Source: an uncultured Gemmatimonadaceae bacterium
GTDB lineage: Bacteria; Gemmatimonadota; Gemmatimonadetes; Gemmatimonadales; Gemmatimonadaceae
Direction: 5' to 3'
Assembly: GCA_963817955.1 (NCBI GenBank)
Contig: CAWFQK010000001.1
Location: 416,001-480,000 of the forward strand
Length of the DNA: 64,000 bases
The notes under the pieces were generated by a model. That model worked only from the letters and a program-made list of their open reading frames with translations, made no database searches and was not told where the DNA came from. The position numbers and the translations under genes are program-made. Shown piece by piece: positions 12,031 through 22,167 of this stretch (position 1 is the stretch's first letter; each line of letters begins with the position of its first letter).

Positions 12031-12290
12031 AAGCCGTCGGGCTATTGGCCCGATCTGGTGCGTTCAAGGCGTAAAACGACGGCGGAGCACTCTATGCTTC
12101 GCCGTCGTTTTCTCTCCTACTCCCTTCCCACCACCACCCCACCCCACCCGCGGAATCAAGGAGCATCGAGCGTACCACGCCACTTTCCCCGTCGAGTTCT
12201 TCGACGCCGGAGACCGCGTGGCACGCCAATTTCTTTACCAGCCGTCGAGAGAAAGACCACATCTGACTCATCGAACTTGCCGGCTGTCTC

Positions 12291-13403
12291 ATGCGTGCTC
12301 GTGTTTCCACTCAGATCAGTGTCCGCCTCGGGCTCGCCGGTGCGAGCATGGTGGCAGCGCTGATCGGGTGCGCAACCCTGTCGCGATCGGGCAGCGTGAG
12401 TGCGACACCACCCTCCGATGAATCGGGCGATCTGTACAGTCTCGCGTCCAGCGGCGCGCGACCAACAATGATTCACGAAACTCATACGATCTCGCTCGCC
12501 CTCGATCGTATCGACCAGCGTACGCTGCCGCTCGATCGCACCTATCGCCACTCGGCCACCGGCAAGGGCGTAACGGTCTACGTGTTCGACGGCGGCATCT
12601 CGACCACGCACCCGGAGCTCGCCGGCCGCGTACGCATCGGTTATACAGCGTTTCCTGAAGATCCCAAGATCTGCAACCCGCACGGTACCGCCGTCGCTGG
12701 TGCGATCGCCGGCACGACGCTCGGCGTGGCGCCCGATGCCGAGATCGTCGACGTGAAGATGGTGGAGTGCGAGCGGCTGCGTGGCACGGTCAACGCCATC
12801 GTCGAGGGCACGCACTGGGTCATTGCGGACCACAAGCTGCATCCCGGCCCGGCAGTCGCCAACTGGTCGTTCATCGCCGACACGTCCGGGAATATTCCGG
12901 CGCTCGACAGCGCCGTCATCGATCTCCGCGCCAACGGCATTCCCGTGGTCGTCTCGGCTGGAAACCTGGACATCGACGCGTGCAAGGTGTCGCCAGCCAA
13001 TTCCCGGGGCACCATCGTGGTCGGTGCATCGGGGATCGCGACCGAGCAGGGGAGCAACGGTCTCACACGCATGGTTGACCGCCGGTCTCCGGGCACGGCA
13101 TACGGCGCATGCGTCGATCTCTACGCACCAGGTGACTCGGTGTTGCTGCCGAGTCTCGACCGCGATCAGGCGCCGATCTCACAGCTCTGGAACGGCACGT
13201 CGATGTCAGCCGGGTACGTGAGCGGAGCGGCGGCGCTGTACCTCGAGACACATCCGAGCGCCACGCCGGATCAGGTGGGGGATGAGCTCGAGCGTGATGC
13301 GACGGTCAATGTGTTGCGGGACACGCACACCACGTCTTCGAGAATGTTGTATGTGGGAACGCAGGAGCCGCAGTTGGTCGCGAGGAAGGTGGCGCGGCGC
13401 TGA
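12291..13403 (+). CDS. S8 subtilisin-like serine peptidase (proteinase K-like), probable lipoprotein
   Basis: Catalytic motifs VFDGGI, HGTAVAG, SAGN, GTSMS; LIGC lipobox-like sequence. Confidence 0.9.
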   Translation: MRARVSTQISVRLGLAGASMVAALIGCATLSRSGSVSATPPSDESGDLYSLASSGARPTMIHETHTISLALDRIDQRTLPLDRTYRHSATGKGVTVYVFDGGISTTHPELAGRVRIGYTAFPEDPKICNPHGTAVAGAIAGTTLGVAPDAEIVDVKMVECERLRGTVNAIVEGTHWVIADHKLHPGPAVANWSFIADTSGNIPALDSAVIDLRANGIPVVVSAGNLDIDACKVSPANSRGTIVVGASGIATEQGSNGLTRMVDRRSPGTAYGACVDLYAPGDSVLLPSLDRDQAPISQLWNGTSMSAGYVSGAAALYLETHPSATPDQVGDELERDATVNVLRDTHTTSSRMLYVGTQEPQLVARKVARR

Positions 13404-13407
13404 GCCA

Positions 13408-13836
13408 TCAAGAAATCTTTGCGGCCACCGCGGCTCGGCGGTTAATACCAAGTTTTCTCAACACATTTTCCGTATGATGCTGCACGGTATGGATGCTGAG
13501 GTGTAGCCGATCGGCAATGCGCTGATTGGATTCGCCCTCGGCGAGCAGGCGCGCAACGTCGACTTCGCGCGGCGTGAGCCGGTACTTGGCGATGAGATCC
13601 GGAAGCGGACTCGAGGTTTCTTGGGTCTTGAACAAGTGTGTTGGCGTGAAGAGGGTCGGCCGGCGCCCGTCATTGGGAACCCTTTGCCGGCGCGTCATTG
13701 TGACAGATATCATTCGGACGCGCTCGGCAAACTTCAATACTATCTGGATTTTTGTCAACGCATTTGCGTTGATGAACTCGCTATTGAGCGGCAGGGGCTC
13801 GTGGGTGGGCCGAGTCGGACGCGCATAGCGTAACAT
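13408..13836 (-). CDS. LuxR-type HTH protein (start uncertain)
   Basis: LTPREVDVARLLAEGESNQRIADRLHLSIHTVQHH..RKLGI. Confidence 0.8.
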   Translation of the reverse strand: MLRYARPTRPTHEPLPLNSEFINANALTKIQIVLKFAERVRMISVTMTRRQRVPNDGRRPTLFTPTHLFKTQETSSPLPDLIAKYRLTPREVDVARLLAEGESNQRIADRLHLSIHTVQHHTENVLRKLGINRRAAVAAKIS

Positions 13837-13871
13837 TTTGTTACTGATACTGTTGTTGCCGACCCGGCAGC

Positions 13872-14360
13872 CTACAGTCCGAGCGCCAGGCCCGCAGCCA
13901 ACAGCAGTGCGTGCCGTCCAGTCTGCGTCGTCAGCGATCCGTTCGCGAAGAGCTCGAGCTCACCTACCGGGAACGACCGAATGGAGCATTCGCCGCCTGC
14001 CAGCGCCGCGAACCCATTCACGTCGCCCGTTTCGAAATGGCCGCGGCCATAGCCGACGCCTGCCTTGACACTCAGTGGCGTCCCCAGCAAATGGACGCTT
14101 GCCAGGCCCACAATGTCGAGCGCGTTGACGGAGGTTCGTTGCCAGTAATCGACCTGCATGCCGACGCTCACGAAGGGCACGACCGGAACGGCAACGCTCC
14201 CCATCAGGAGCGGCGCAGCCTTGAGGTCGGAGCTGGGCCCAGCCAGTCCGGCGCCCACACCAGCGGTGACGCGTGCGCCCAGGAGCGTTTGAGCGCGGAT
14301 GCCCTCCGACGGCGCAAGGAGGAGCACGGCAGCGACGGCGGCGATCGAGATACGGCGCAT
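13872..14360 (-). CDS. Secreted / outer-membrane beta-barrel-like hypothetical protein
   Basis: Signal peptide MRRISIAAVAAVLLL..AQ and alternating Gly/hydrophobic strands. Confidence 0.65.
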   Translation of the reverse strand: MRRISIAAVAAVLLLAPSEGIRAQTLLGARVTAGVGAGLAGPSSDLKAAPLLMGSVAVPVVPFVSVGMQVDYWQRTSVNALDIVGLASVHLLGTPLSVKAGVGYGRGHFETGDVNGFAALAGGECSIRSFPVGELELFANGSLTTQTGRHALLLAAGLALGL

Positions 14361-14419
14361 GATCACTCCGAGTCAGGCGTTGGAACAAACTCTTGTCGCA
14401 ACGATGAATGCGTCGTTCG

Positions 14420-14857
14420 TCAGGTCAATAGGGCTTTCTGGAGGAACGTGTCGACGGCGGCGACGTACTTGGAAAACTCGTCACATACCGTGCCGATTGC
14501 TTCCAACACGATGGCGTCGTCAATGTCGTCGTACTCGTGCACCAATCGGTTGCGTAGGCCTGCGGCTGGTGCGAGTGAGGCCGCCAATGAGTCCGGCATG
14601 ATCCCCAGTCGTCCGAGCGCAATGAAGCTGTCGTAATAGTCTGTCGCTGACGATCCGCGGGTATTTCGCAACAAGTGCTGGTTGGCATCCACCGCGGCTT
14701 CGATCGTCTCCTGAACCAACCGCTCAGCGCCCTTCAGGCGAAATCGATCTCGGCGATACGCCGTCAGCGACTCGTGCCGGACATGGTCGAGGTCAGCGAT
14801 ATTGCGGACGATCACGGCCAGCTTTCGGCGCACGAGCGCCTCGTCGACAGGCATCAT
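14420..14857 (-). CDS. hepT: HepT-like HEPN ribonuclease toxin (DUF86)
   Basis: GLRNRLVHEY RxxxxH motif, AERLVQETIEAAVD; coupled to the MNT gene. Confidence 0.9.
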   Translation of the reverse strand: MMPVDEALVRRKLAVIVRNIADLDHVRHESLTAYRRDRFRLKGAERLVQETIEAAVDANQHLLRNTRGSSATDYYDSFIALGRLGIMPDSLAASLAPAAGLRNRLVHEYDDIDDAIVLEAIGTVCDEFSKYVAAVDTFLQKALLT

Positions 14858-15279
14858 CGCCCAAGTGTTCGCGCCGCGACGAATTCGCGTATGCGCTCCG
14901 CTTCGAGATCGCGAAATTTCTTGGTGTCTGCGTAGCGACGCGCGGCCAGCGACGCAAACTGGTCGAACGTGCTCGGATCGCGTTCGAACAACGCCACCCC
15001 ATCACGCGCTACCAACATGAGGAGCAACGGATCGGCGTGCCGCAGATTGACGAGGTCCACTTCCTGTTCCCTCAGCGCCTGAATGAAGGCGTTGGTCAGC
15101 ATCACCATATCGATGGTGCTCGGACCGAGGACCCCCAGATCGATGTCACTGCCCGACGCGCGGTCGCCTCTCGCTGTCGAGCCGAACAACACGACGAGAT
15201 CGAGCTGCTCGCGACGCGCAACGTCGGCCGCAGCGCGCCGCAAATGCTCCATGTCGAGTCTGCTGGCGTCGCTCGTCAT
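14854..15279 (-). CDS. mntA: MntA-like nucleotidyltransferase antitoxin
   Basis: LFGSTARG..SDIDLGV and VDLVNL; start set at ATG 15279. Confidence 0.88.
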   Translation of the reverse strand: MTSDASRLDMEHLRRAAADVARREQLDLVVLFGSTARGDRASGSDIDLGVLGPSTIDMVMLTNAFIQALREQEVDLVNLRHADPLLLMLVARDGVALFERDPSTFDQFASLAARRYADTKKFRDLEAERIREFVAARTLGR

Positions 15280-15289
15280 ACAATTCAAT

Positions 15290-16135
15290 TTACCCGCCGC
15301 CGGAGGAATCGGCGACTTCGCCGGCGTCAGCGTTCCGGTATGCCGCTGTAGCGCGACACACCGACCGCTCCACCGCCGCAATGTTCTCGCCGCGCGCACT
15401 GATCTCGATCGACACCCAGCCCAGAAATCCCACGCTCGCCAACCCTTGGGCGGCGCGTTCGTGTTCGTCGTCAGATCCCAGCTCGACGAAATCCGGCTCG
15501 CTCGCGTGGTAGTGCGCGATGAACGGCGCCGCGCCTTCGATGAACGTCCGCGGATCCTCGCCAGACAGCGTCATTGCGCCAAGATCGGCGTTCAGGCGAA
15601 TGCCTGGATGATCGATGCGACGACACAGCTCCAACGCTTCGGCCGGCGTCGTGAGAAAATCGGCGCCATAGCGCGGCGGCACGGGCTCCAGGCACAACGC
15701 GAGATCGCGCGACAAGGCGTGCTCGCCGACCATGTGGAAGAAATCGACGGCGATGGCAGCGGTGTCAGCATCGGACATCGTTCCCCGCAGGCGGTTTTTC
15801 GGCGACCCGAACACGAGAGCTTTGGCCCCGAGCGCCGCACCAAGATCGATGATGCCACGCAGATACTCGCCAAGCGACACGCGGCTCGTCGCGTCGCCGA
15901 ACAACTGCAGGTCCGGCCGGCCGAAGAGGAGTGACTGCATCGCAACGATCTCGAGTCCGCGATCGGCCCAGTCGCGCCGATAGTCGGCGACCTCACGCGG
16001 CGGCGCCTCGAGCGGCTTGTCCCACCGCTTCGTCGGCGCAATCTCGACGCCCGTCACGCCGTGCCGCCGCAGCACCTCCGCAACCGGGTCATCCTCCGTT
16101 GGATTCCAGGCGATGTTCGAAATGGCTAGGTGCAA
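15290..16135 (-). CDS. Sugar phosphate isomerase/epimerase (TIM barrel)
   Basis: LAISNIAW, EIAPT, MQSLLFG, LVFGSPKNR, LEP, HYHASEP, SIE. Confidence 0.88.
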   Translation of the reverse strand: MHLAISNIAWNPTEDDPVAEVLRRHGVTGVEIAPTKRWDKPLEAPPREVADYRRDWADRGLEIVAMQSLLFGRPDLQLFGDATSRVSLGEYLRGIIDLGAALGAKALVFGSPKNRLRGTMSDADTAAIAVDFFHMVGEHALSRDLALCLEPVPPRYGADFLTTPAEALELCRRIDHPGIRLNADLGAMTLSGEDPRTFIEGAAPFIAHYHASEPDFVELGSDDEHERAAQGLASVGFLGWVSIEISARGENIAAVERSVCRATAAYRNADAGEVADSSGGG

Positions 16136-16734
16136 TGTGGGGGCTCCAGTCTCTGAGGCAGCACAATCTGGCCGGCACGAACCCACGCCATCATGTCTCT
16201 CGGGTCGGCGATCACGATGTCGCGACCGATGCCGCGGTGGAGCGCGACTCGGCCTGGTATGAGGACATCGGTGCGGTAGCTAGCGAAGTCGCCAAAATTG
16301 CGCGTCACGAGGACATCCGTGAGGCCGGCCACGGCGGTCTCCATCACGTGCGCGTCCTCGTCGTCGCGCAGAGGCATCACGCCGGTACCGCCAAGCAACA
16401 GGTAGGGAGCGATGCCTGCCGGCCCGAGGCGGGCATACCCCGTGATCACGCCGATGTAGGCCTCGGCGAGGGACCGATCAACGTGCCAGGAATCCGCGAG
16501 CACCGCGCGCAGCCGGGTCAGCATTCCCCACGAAATTACCAACTGCGTCGGTCCAAGTGCGCACTCCCCGCGTCGAACGATCGCGACGAGTTCCTGTGCC
16601 GCGCTACCGGAGCGCCCCGCTTTCTCGGCCAGGAACGCGGCGCACCAGATGTTCAGGTCAAGACACAGGCGCAGGATGGTCGGGACGGGCGTGTGCTCTT
16701 CGTGAACGGAAGCAGGCGGGCTGCTGCGAGCCAT
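16126..16734 (-). CDS. PIN-domain protein (putative toxin)
   Basis: CLDLNIW, RDDEDAHVMETAVAG, LVTRNFGDF. Confidence 0.85.
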   Translation of the reverse strand: MARSSPPASVHEEHTPVPTILRLCLDLNIWCAAFLAEKAGRSGSAAQELVAIVRRGECALGPTQLVISWGMLTRLRAVLADSWHVDRSLAEAYIGVITGYARLGPAGIAPYLLLGGTGVMPLRDDEDAHVMETAVAGLTDVLVTRNFGDFASYRTDVLIPGRVALHRGIGRDIVIADPRDMMAWVRAGQIVLPQRLEPPHCT

Positions 16735-16742
16735 ATCCCGAA

Positions 16743-17171
16743 TCAGCGACCTGACGTGTGACGACGCCCGCGCTTGCCCGTGGCCGCGGAGTCCGGCATC
16801 ACCCTGTTCGCGGCAGCACCGCGCGAGGTGCGATTCGCCACACGGACGCCCGCATCGAGGAGATCATCCTCCGTCTGGAGGGCGTCGACCCCCTCGACCT
16901 GCATCTGCTGCACCACCTGCCGCTGCACCACGTCGTAGTCCATGTCGAGAATGCGCCGGGCGATGGCGCGCGACACCTGCTCGAGATCCTCGACGGAGCC
17001 GAACGCCTCGATGTGGCGCAACGCCGCGTGCGCCTCCACAGGGAGCCCAACGTAGTAACCCAGAGCCGCGGCCGCGATCTGCGACGCCGTACGACCCTCG
17101 AGTTTCGTGAGCTGCTCGACGCGGCGAGCCACAGACTCCTCGACGTGGGCGGAAATCGTTCTGCCAGCCAT
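16743..17171 (-). CDS. RHH/CopG-like antitoxin
   Basis: TISAHV..VEQL..EGRTASQIAAAAL; directly upstream of the PIN gene. Confidence 0.75.
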   Translation of the reverse strand: MAGRTISAHVEESVARRVEQLTKLEGRTASQIAAAALGYYVGLPVEAHAALRHIEAFGSVEDLEQVSRAIARRILDMDYDVVQRQVVQQMQVEGVDALQTEDDLLDAGVRVANRTSRGAAANRVMPDSAATGKRGRRHTSGR

Positions 17172-17298
17172 ACCCCCCTCCGACTCTTATACGGCGCTAT
17201 AACCCATAGGATCTATAGGAACTATGCGATCCCGACGCCGTATTCGCAACCTCGGCGGTCCACCAGAGGGTAGGACATGGGGGGGAGTCGCTGAGCGG

Positions 17299-18096
17299 TC
17301 AGGACGACAACGAGCCCAGATCCCGCCGTTCCCGCTCGACGAACCGCTGGATCCCGGCCAGCTCCTCGATCTTGCTCTCGACGTACACCCCATCTCCCCC
17401 GAACAGCGCCGCGTGCCGCGTATGCACGTCGTACCGCGCCGGCACCGGCACCACTTCGTTGGTGAACTCCATGCCGAACGCCGCCCGAGCGACGTCGGCC
17501 ACGCTCACCGGCTCCGTCGGCAGGTGCGCCAGTGGCAACGCGTTGGCGATCGCGGTCTCGGCATCGCGCCAGAGGCGATCGATATCATAGAACTGGAATG
17601 ATCCGCGCGAGTCGATCTTGTACACTTCGTGGTCATGCAACAGATCGTGGATGGCGTTCTTCTTGAGGCCGTGGCCGTAGAGTCCCGCCAGACGCAGGAC
17701 CACCGTGTCGAAGCGTGCCGACAGCACTTCCTCGAGCAGCCGCCGGTTGCGTCCATACGCGTGCAGGCCGGTGAGCGGAACGGGCGAATCTTCGTCCACG
17801 TCTACCGGATTGATGAACACATCCACCGTGGAGATCAACACCACCTTCTGCGCATACGCCACGCGATCGATGGCGCGAATCAATCGCTCGATGTTGTCGC
17901 GGTCGCGCGCGGGATCGGCATTCGCCTTCCACTTCTCGGCCGGCGCGCCGGACACGACGAGCAGATCGAAGCCGCGGCCGTCGATCTGCTCGATGTTCTT
18001 CGAGTTGAAGCAGGCATCGAATGCGCGTTGGCGCAGCAGATTGCTGCCGACGAAACCGGTATGACCTACGAGAGCCGACGATTGTGTGTCGCTCAC
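17299..18096 (-). CDS. NAD(P)-dependent epimerase/oxidoreductase
   Basis: GHTGFVGSNL, PAEKWKAN, ISTVDV, YGRNR. Confidence 0.88.
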   Translation of the reverse strand: MSDTQSSALVGHTGFVGSNLLRQRAFDACFNSKNIEQIDGRGFDLLVVSGAPAEKWKANADPARDRDNIERLIRAIDRVAYAQKVVLISTVDVFINPVDVDEDSPVPLTGLHAYGRNRRLLEEVLSARFDTVVLRLAGLYGHGLKKNAIHDLLHDHEVYKIDSRGSFQFYDIDRLWRDAETAIANALPLAHLPTEPVSVADVARAAFGMEFTNEVVPVPARYDVHTRHAALFGGDGVYVESKIEELAGIQRFVERERRDLGSLSS

Positions 18097-18758
18097 GAGA
18101 GGAACGCGTAGCTGATGCCGGCTTCCTGCGCCCGGTTTCCCGCGACCAGCATGGCCGGTACCACGAACACGCCCGGCAGCAGGCCATGCAGAAGTCCATC
18201 GCGAATCTCGCCTTCGGTGCCGAATCCCTTGGGCGCGAGTCGCTTGGCAAGGCTGTCAATCGAATTCTTGCAGGCGAGAAAGCGAACGCCGCGTGTCATG
18301 AGCGACGACACGGTCGCATCGTCGCGCACACCCATCGCTGCCGCATCGGCGACATACACATTTCGCTCGGCGGGCTTTCCGGTTGCCGCGTCGATCAGTG
18401 AAAACAGCTCGCCAAGGTGATAGCGCGCCCAGACCGCATGCGAGCTGACGAACGCCAGGCCGGCGGCATGCGCGCCGAAGATGGCATTGATCGACGTTTC
18501 CTTCAGTGAGTACGCCGATACGTATGCGCTGAGGAAGTTGCTCGTGCGCATGAGCGGCTTCCCGTCAGCAATGCCACCGACGTCGAAGAATTGCCGGTGC
18601 GTTCCGTTCAGGCCAGCGAGCCAGGGTTCCAGGCTCGCTGAGTTATGCGACGTCCGCGGCTCGCGACGCAGACCGACGCCTGCGGCAACCGCGCCGAGTG
18701 CTTGGAGAAACGAGCGTCGGTTGGTTGGATCGCTTCCGTCAAGTTGACAAGGCTTCAT
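18093..18758 (-). CDS. Tat-exported DsrE-like protein
   Basis: NRRSFLQ twin-arginine signal; RGVRFLACKNS and VVPAM..AQEAG DsrE-like C-terminus. Confidence 0.7.
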   Translation of the reverse strand: MKPCQLDGSDPTNRRSFLQALGAVAAGVGLRREPRTSHNSASLEPWLAGLNGTHRQFFDVGGIADGKPLMRTSNFLSAYVSAYSLKETSINAIFGAHAAGLAFVSSHAVWARYHLGELFSLIDAATGKPAERNVYVADAAAMGVRDDATVSSLMTRGVRFLACKNSIDSLAKRLAPKGFGTEGEIRDGLLHGLLPGVFVVPAMLVAGNRAQEAGISYAFLS

Positions 18759-19525
18759 GGATCAAAGCGTCCGAGCACTGCGTTGGCGAGGGTCTGAAGC
18801 ACCAGGAGATTGCCTTTCACGGGACTGATCTTGGTGGGCGTCTTACCCTCTGCAGGATACTGCCGCGTGACCGGCGTCTCAATGACGCGGAAGCCGAGCT
18901 GCGCGGCGCGAATGGCGAGATAGTAGTGTAGCTCGTAGCCCATGAACACGTCGCGCAGCGGCTGCACGCGTGAATCGGCGAGCAGACGGCGGCTGTAGGC
19001 GCGAAAACCATTCGTCGTGTCGGTGTACCGCTTGCCGGCGGCAAGACTGATCAACGGCGCGTGAAGCAGCTTCACCCCGAGCGTGCGGCTGAGCGGAGTG
19101 TTGATGCCTTTACCACCGGCTATGTAGCGCGAACCTTGGATGTGATCGTAGCCGGCATCGAGCAGTTCAATGAAGCGAGGGATGGCCGAATAGTCGTCCT
19201 TGCCGTTGCCGTCGATGACCACGAGGCCGTCGTAGCCTTCTTCGAGCGCAAAGGCGATCGCCATACGCATCTGCGCGCTCAGCTTTCCGGGGCCGCGTTT
19301 GATGAGCAGCGCGCGGAGGCGAAAGGCGGCGAGCGAGTGGAGCGCGAGCGAGTTGTCGGTGCTGCCGCCGTCAGCGACGACGATGTCGATCTGGTCGGCA
19401 AGAGACGCCATGCCCCGGAGCTGACGACGTACGCGTTCGCCTTCATTGATGACGAAGACGGCGACGCAATACCGATGGCGCTTCGGGCCGAAGACGTGAC
19501 GCTCGTGGTCCGGGACGCCAGTCAT
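18755..19525 (-). CDS. Glycosyltransferase family 2 (DPM1-like)
   Basis: DGGSTD, IDGNGKD, QGSRY, DTTNGFRAYS. Confidence 0.9.
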   Translation of the reverse strand: MTGVPDHERHVFGPKRHRYCVAVFVINEGERVRRQLRGMASLADQIDIVVADGGSTDNSLALHSLAAFRLRALLIKRGPGKLSAQMRMAIAFALEEGYDGLVVIDGNGKDDYSAIPRFIELLDAGYDHIQGSRYIAGGKGINTPLSRTLGVKLLHAPLISLAAGKRYTDTTNGFRAYSRRLLADSRVQPLRDVFMGYELHYYLAIRAAQLGFRVIETPVTRQYPAEGKTPTKISPVKGNLLVLQTLANAVLGRFDP

Positions 19526-19606
19526 CCTAATAGTCCTGTCATCATGGAGCCCCTTCCCGTCATCCTGGAGTCCCTTCCTGTCATCCTGAGCGCAGCGAAG
19601 GATCCC
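19520..19606. repeat. REP-like cluster (GTCATCCTGAGCGCAGCGAAGGATC plus degenerate GTCATC units)
   Basis: GTCATC at 19521, 19538, 19559 and 19580; same family as 4653. Confidence 0.85.
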
Positions 19607-20525
19607 TCGGCGCATTCGACGACCCCACGACGTTCTTCCGCTCCTCTCGCAGCAGCACGGAACTGGTGTGCTCTTCCCGAACGTAGTAGCTCGGCCGATC
19701 ACGGAAGCGGCGCGTGAGACCGGCGACGTACTCGCCGATCAGCGCGATCATGACGGCGAGCACGAGGAACGCAATGGGTCCGCCAAAGAACGCCACATCC
19801 ACGATCGCGATCAGCACACCAATCCAGATCACCGTGCGCAACGGGTGCGTCGTGTGATCGATGATCATGGCGCGGAACAGATTGATTGCCTCGCGCTTTG
19901 GCCGCACCGCAGCATGTCCGCTGCGGTTGATCGGCGCGTACGGGAGCGGCTCCTTGCGAAAGCCGATGTACGACGTGAGTAATCTCAGATACTGATCCGG
20001 ACCATGGATCTGCGAGATCGCGTTCACCACTTGCCGGCTCATGCAGCGGAACTGCGTGGAGTTCTCTGGAATGCCGGCCTTGATGACGCGGTTCATGTAC
20101 CAGTAGAACATGCCGGCGCCGGCGCGGTACCAGAGCGGTTCGCTCTTGCGGTGCAGGCGCACGCCATAGACGACATCAGCTTCGCCGCGCGCCAGCTCGA
20201 AGAACCGCGGAATGAGCGACGGCGGATCCATGTTCGGCAGCATCACGATCACATAATCGCCAATGGCGACATCGAGTCCCGCGGAGATCGCCGTCTCTTC
20301 GCCAAAGTGCCGCGACAGCCTGAGGAACCGCAAGAAATCGTACTGCGCGAGCAACGCGCGCACGCGCGTCACCGTCTCCTCGTGCGCGCCGTCGTCGACG
20401 AGAATGATCTCGTAGTGCGACACGAGGCTGCTCAGCACAGCCACCGTCTCGTCGATGAACTGCTCGACGGCGGCCGCTGTATCGGCTTCGAGGGGGGCGA
20501 CGACGCTTATGAAGGACTCAAGCAC
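19581..20525 (-). CDS. Glycosyltransferase family 2 (GtrB/ArnC-like)
   Basis: ISVVAP, EIILVDDG, LSRHFG..AISAGL, C-terminal TM segments. Confidence 0.88.
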   Translation of the reverse strand: MLESFISVVAPLEADTAAAVEQFIDETVAVLSSLVSHYEIILVDDGAHEETVTRVRALLAQYDFLRFLRLSRHFGEETAISAGLDVAIGDYVIVMLPNMDPPSLIPRFFELARGEADVVYGVRLHRKSEPLWYRAGAGMFYWYMNRVIKAGIPENSTQFRCMSRQVVNAISQIHGPDQYLRLLTSYIGFRKEPLPYAPINRSGHAAVRPKREAINLFRAMIIDHTTHPLRTVIWIGVLIAIVDVAFFGGPIAFLVLAVMIALIGEYVAGLTRRFRDRPSYYVREEHTSSVLLREERKNVVGSSNAPRDPSLRSG

Positions 20526-21622
20526 GAGAAGGCATCCTCCACATCATACACGCTATCGATCTTGGCGCCCAGCACCGTGAAGAGCGCGGGAATCTCTCTG
20601 CTGCGGTGGAGCAGGATCGGCCGGCTGTCGTCCTGCTCGCTGCGCGGCATCACCGTCTTCACTTCCCAGATCGAGTCCACGTAGCGCGCCGAGCGTATGG
20701 CGGGGAGGTAGCGCCCGGCATCACGGATCATGTGAGGGAACGCCGAGTGGCGAGCGGCGAGGAGATCGTCGGCATTCACCGCACTCGCACCGCCCTCGTC
20801 CATCCAGCTCGCGTGTGGCGTGTAGCGCACGTGGCTGAGGGTGCTGAGGCCGCGCGACGGATAGGGCATGAGCGAGAAGAACGGGCCGTCCATCACCGTC
20901 ACGGCGGCGCCGTGCAACTCGGCAGGCGGTTCGACGAGGGCCATCTCGGTGAGCTCGTGCTTCGCCGGCACCGTCGACGCGCCCGATGCGGCGAGCAGGC
21001 TATTCAGTCGCGAATAGGTGCAGTTGAGCACGATCTGCGCGCCAATTCGCTGTTCCTCGCCATCCCTCGCTACCACGGCAGTCACGCCATCCGCCGCATG
21101 GTCGACGCGCAGCGCTTCGGCGTTTAGCCAGACGTCGACGTCTGCGTCCCGCAATTCTCGCTCGAGGCGTGCCGCCAACCGCACGGCGTCGAAGGCGCAC
21201 TCCTGCACGAGAAACACCGCTTCGATGCGCGAGCGATCGAACAGCGCCACCACGTTGTCCGGCGCCGGCGAGAGTGGGGCGTCAATGCGCCGGCAGAACT
21301 CGGCAAATTGCGACGCCGTGACGTTGGACGTGCCGCGCGCGATGGCGTAATAGTGCGCAAAGCCGTCGTCGATGCAGTCCGCGTACTCGGCTACGAACCG
21401 AGCGTAGTTCATCCGCGAGCGGAGCGACGTGAGAATGCTCCGCGGGTAGTGGTAACCGCCGTGCACACGCGCCTGGTTCCGAAGCGACGCCCGACCAAGC
21501 AGCGCAGGGCCGCGCTCGACGAGCAAGACTCGGCGTCCGGAGCGGCGGAGATAGAGCGCTAAACGGCAGCCGAAAAAGCCGCCGCCAATGACGAGGGCGT
21601 CGTATGAGCAGGGTTGGTCCAC
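20507..21622 (-). CDS. FAD-dependent oxidoreductase (DAO-like)
   Basis: IGGGFFG, ASLRNQARVHGGYHYPRS, TVMDGPFFSLMPY, SHVRYTPH. Start at GTG 21622 or 21655. Confidence 0.88.
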   Translation of the reverse strand: MDQPCSYDALVIGGGFFGCRLALYLRRSGRRVLLVERGPALLGRASLRNQARVHGGYHYPRSILTSLRSRMNYARFVAEYADCIDDGFAHYYAIARGTSNVTASQFAEFCRRIDAPLSPAPDNVVALFDRSRIEAVFLVQECAFDAVRLAARLERELRDADVDVWLNAEALRVDHAADGVTAVVARDGEEQRIGAQIVLNCTYSRLNSLLAASGASTVPAKHELTEMALVEPPAELHGAAVTVMDGPFFSLMPYPSRGLSTLSHVRYTPHASWMDEGGASAVNADDLLAARHSAFPHMIRDAGRYLPAIRSARYVDSIWEVKTVMPRSEQDDSRPILLHRSREIPALFTVLGAKIDSVYDVEDAFSCLSPS

Positions 21623-21734
21623 TTTTATAGACGAGTCCTGACGGCCGGCGGTCACCTTGGCGAGAGCCGTACTCTATTGCGTCTCGCCATCCAATCAACC
21701 AGAATAGACGCCTCTTTCTCGACCGAGAGCGCCG

Positions 21735-21941
21735 ATGCCACTCGCACGCGCAGTTCTCACGTTGTTCGTCGTCTCGGCCGTTGCGGCCGGATGCGCCAGG
21801 CCCATCGCGCAGATCCGTTCCTTTCCGGACGGCTGCCCGACGGGATGGCGATACCTATACACCGACCGCCAGATGAGCTCCAGTACGGAGCGAATGGTAT
21901 CAGTATGTCGCCAGGAGCGGGACTCGGCCGGCGGGCGATAG
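21735..21941 (+). CDS. Small putative lipoprotein
   Basis: Hydrophobic leader ending AAGC; 68 aa only. Confidence 0.4.
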   Translation: MPLARAVLTLFVVSAVAAGCARPIAQIRSFPDGCPTGWRYLYTDRQMSSSTERMVSVCRQERDSAGGR

Positions 21942-22167
21942 GGGGACACGGGACGCGCGATCTCACGGCGCCGGCCGGATAGTGTACTTGGTCGTCTGCA
22001 CCACCGCCCCGCCTTTCGACAACAGGTACGTACCGCCAATACTGCCGGCGGCGCCGACCTGACCGTTCAACGAAATGGTGTATTTGTCGCCAGCAGCACG
22101 CACAGCGGCAGTGCGCGTGTTGCGTGTTTCCACCAGAATGTGTGAGGCATGTATTGCCCTCCCAGGC

